DNA from: Chrysomallon squamiferum
Lineage: Eukaryota > Animalia > Mollusca
Length of the DNA stretch: 64,000 bases
NCBI GenBank assembly: GCA_012295275.1
Contig: CM022675.1
Coordinates: 7,688,001 to 7,752,000, forward strand
Direction: 5' to 3'
Shown: in pieces, positions 1 to 64,000 of the stretch
How positions within the stretch are numbered: position 1 is the stretch's first letter
Layout of the letters: every line of letters starts with the position of its first letter
The notes under the pieces: generated by a model
Database searches by the model: none
What the model saw: the letters and a program-made list of their open reading frames with translations, nothing else
Told to the model about the DNA's origin: nothing
Translations under genes and position numbers: made by a program

Positions 1-109
1 TAGTAGGGATTCGCACATGCGCGTTCGATGTGTGGGACTATAGAAGCGTATAGGCAAGGGTCGTAACTCTGTACAAGAGAGAGAGAAATACATTAAGGGA
101 TGATAGAGT

Positions 110-256
<147 letters not shown>

Positions 257-615
257 TTAAGTCTCGTCATTCTGTCTTCTTTAAACTATCAAGCTTCGGT
301 TCTGATGTAATACATTTTATGGAATCTTCGACTCGTAATTATAATTTCTGTTCATTCGTAAAATAAATATTGTTAATGCAGAAGCTTAATGTAGTTATCA
401 GCAGTAACTGTGCGGCCATTTTAAAAGAAAAGAAACGATATGATCATTTGATTTTTGATTGAATGATTTTTTGGTTTTTTTTTTGTTTTTTTTTTTTAAC
501 TTGATTTTTTTCTTTTCTTTTGTTTTTCTGTCACAAATGAATGCCAGTTTCAGATATTCTTAAATACGATTATCATTGTTGTTGTTGTTGCTGTTGTTGT
601 TTTTATTATTACTAC

Positions 616-678
<63 letters not shown>

Positions 679-680
679 AG

Positions 681-50822
<50,142 letters not shown>

Positions 50823-52397
50823 AGGGGTTAATAAGGTTTGTGATGTTCCGCTTGCAAGACTGCGTCTTTGTAAATTAGTGTTTTTTATTGGTTGTTGTTA
50901 GTGGTGGGTTAATAAAATAAGTATATGTGTGTGGATATAAATAAATAAATAAGTAAATTAATTAATTAAAAATGAACTATATAAAAACAATAAATCAATA
51001 AATAGGAAAAACAAAAATGAATGAATGAATGAATGAATAAACAAACAAATTAACAACTAAATAAATAAACAATAAATAAATAAATCAATAAATGAATGAA
51101 CAAACAAACAAATTAACAACTAAATAAATAAATAAATAAATAAATACAAAAGTAAAAATAATCAACAAAAAGAAAGAAATTACATTTGAAAAATATTTCA
51201 TCTTTGTTCTATCTCTTTTAATATATGTCTTTTCACTATATTTTTTCAAACTTTAGTTTTTCTTTATTTTTCATTTTTTTCAGTTTCTTATCAAGGTTTG
51301 ATTGGTATTTTGAAGTATCATTCTGATTCTGACATAAAGATAATCTTACACATTTTTGAAATTCTTATGACTTGACGTCCAAGATGCATAGCCAGCATGT
51401 GAAGAAAAGTAATTTGATTTTATCAAGACGTTTTACGAAAAATTAAAACAGTAAGATAAATAAATAAGTAAGTAAGTAAATAAATAAAAAAAAAATAATA
51501 ATAATAATAATAAAAAAAAAAAATAAGTTAGTCAGTTAGTTAGTAAGTAAGTAAGTAAATAAGGAAGTAAAGAAGTAAATAAATAAACATAAAAAAAAAT
51601 ATTTAAAAAATATTCGCAAAGATTATTACAGGGATCGCTTGACTTTTAGTACCTTTCGTAGAAACTGGTCACATTTTTAAACTGTACTTTTCCATTTCAC
51701 TCTTGTTTACTGTTTTATTAAACACTTAAATTTTACGTGTGGGCTGTGTATAACGTGGATGCATGAAGGTCTGCGTAACAAACTGTAAATCAATGATAAA
51801 CTATCGGTCTGGTAGTATGTGGGATCGAAACATCGGATCTGCCTCTATCTTTAACGTCACTTTTAACCCTTTACTCTGTCTTCTGTGTAATACCCTAACA
51901 TACTAACAACACTATATTGGAAATATAAATCATTTTTTTAAATTATCTATCGTTGATGAACATACTCGCATCTCCAGCGAGCCTTACGACTTTTCACAAA
52001 ACTGATTCATTAATCCATTTATTGATTCTTTTTTATTTTGTTCCCCCCCATAGTTTAATCAATTATTACTCCAGAGTTTTGTGACATTTTTTTTATTGTT
52101 TTTTTTAAAACCTTAATCAGATGACTCCTCGTTGTAATATGAAAATATTATTATATATTCTAAATAGGCAGAACCGTATTTAATCTAATAAGCAAGTGAT
52201 TAAATGATTTTTTTTTTGGATATCGTATTGTAATAATTAACAAGTGTTAAACAGGTTTTAGAGGTAAATATGGATATATTACTGTATAAACTGACATCAG
52301 TATGTGTACGATTTAAAATAAGGAATAAAACTTTATTTTTATTTTTGTATGAAAATATTCTTGTTGGTATTTTTGCTGCTGCTGTTGTTGGTAAACA

Positions 52398-52463
<66 letters not shown>

Positions 52464-52689
52464 TTTTATATATATATATATATATATATTAAACAAGGGA
52501 CGCAACCCTATTTCATGTAGTGTTATGTTAAGTTGTCGTTCTTTATTTTTGTTTATTAAAATTCATTTCAAAAGAAACAAACAAACAAATAAACAAACAA
52601 AAATAATAAATACCGAATAAATAAACTAACAAATAAATATCAAACAAATATAGAAACAAACGAAACAAACAAAATAAATAAATAAATAA

Positions 52690-52740
<51 letters not shown>

Positions 52741-53072
52741 AAAAAAAAAATCAAAATCACATTGTCTACAAACCTAAGATCACCGTCCTTACAATGCTTT
52801 TTTTATTTCTTGTTTTTGTAGACTGTCACATTTCTGTTATCAGAACAAACACACATTCCTAATAGAAGTTCATTTATTGACTTAAGCATGAACTAGTAAC
52901 GTAAGGATGAATCAGAAGTAGTTAAGTTATGGACTATGACGTAACAACATAATGATGACTACGTTTAAATTATGAATGACGTAATAAAATTAAAAATTAA
53001 AACTGAAACGTAACGAGGTAACTTTTTTTATATCATGTAATGGAAGGAATAGAAGTGAAAGAGGTAGTAATA

Positions 53073-53103
<31 letters not shown>

Positions 53104-53416
53104 AAGACTAAATACAGAGACGGAAAAGAAGAAAAGAAGAAAAAAAATACCAGACAGAAAGTAAAAGGAAAAGATTATTGTAATGTGCGTTTTTCACAGT
53201 TCATACACATACACGCATACACATGCATACATTCAGATACAAACATATACATACACACATGCACATACACACATACATGCATATACACGCAAACACATGT
53301 TAATATAAAGAAATTTCCTCTGCAGTAAAATATGTGAAATTGTAAATATACTTTTATGAGGAAGATGATGTTTGGCAGGTTGCATTCCAGCAATGAATAA
53401 GGCAGACATATATCTA

Positions 53417-53620
<204 letters not shown>

Positions 53621-53656
53621 AAAAAGAGAGAGAGAGAGAGAGAGAGATAGACAGAT

Positions 53657-53688
<32 letters not shown>

Positions 53689-53689
53689 G

Positions 53690-53734
<45 letters not shown>

Positions 53735-54036
53735 AGAGACACACACAGGGATAGAACAAAGAGAGAATTAAACACAAATACATAATATAAAATAATATCT
53801 ACTCAAACAACAAGATCCTAGTCTTGCTCAGGATTCCTCAAAACACTAACAAACATCTTGTTCTATCACCTAAATGTTTTTACATTTTCCTCTCAGTCTT
53901 GTCGCTTTCTTCTAGAACTTCACCGAACTTTAATTGTTTGTAAAGACTGACTAACGATTTCTTCGACACTTAATGATGCAGTATGTGACGGAGATGATGT
54001 TCTTTGTAAATCTGATGAAATAGTAAGTAGAATTAT

Positions 54037-63675
<9,639 letters not shown>

Positions 63676-64000
63676 CTGTAAGAAACGGTCATTTGAGTCA
63701 GTTAGTAACAGATACAGTTAATTTAGCCAATACTGATAACGAATGGAGAGATTTTTTTACTTTAAAGAGATAAGGAAGTATAATAATGGTCGCAGTAGTA
63801 GTAGTAGTAGTAGTAATAGTAATATTAGTGAACAGCCAGTGGTTGTAGCCGTAGTAAAAGTAACATTAATAGTAGTAGTATAGTAGTAGAAATAGTATTA
63901 GTATTAGTAATAGTATTTGAGTATCATTAGACTCCATCGTCGGAGTGGAAGTAGAAATAATAGCAACAGAAACAGTTGTCGTAGTATACTAGTAGTGGTA

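Overview
AT-rich, microsatellite-saturated animal (invertebrate-like) genomic DNA containing two convergent spliced genes; almost all long ORFs in the track are microsatellite artefacts. (1) + strand 681-50822: the 3' part of a giant angiotensin-converting-enzyme-like gene (peptidase family M2). By hand-splicing I find at least FIVE tandem ACE domains in one continuous reading frame: 59 exons plus one alternative exon, about 2,880 codons in the window, with the 5' end upstream of the window. The gene is built from a repeated 12-exon module and ends in a GPI-signal-like hydrophobic tail. The domains have diverged. Domain 2 has two tandem, apparently mutually exclusive HEXXH exons and an H353Y change. 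Domain 3 looks like an intact but catalytically dead pseudopeptidase (HEMGQ plus three more active-site losses). Domains 2 and 4 each contain a single-base frameshift, probably an assembly error. (2) - strand 63675-54037: the 3' half (kinase-homology, dimerisation and cyclase exons) of a receptor guanylyl cyclase. Introns hold MITEs, a SINE-like element, minisatellites and several small duplications that straddle splice sites.
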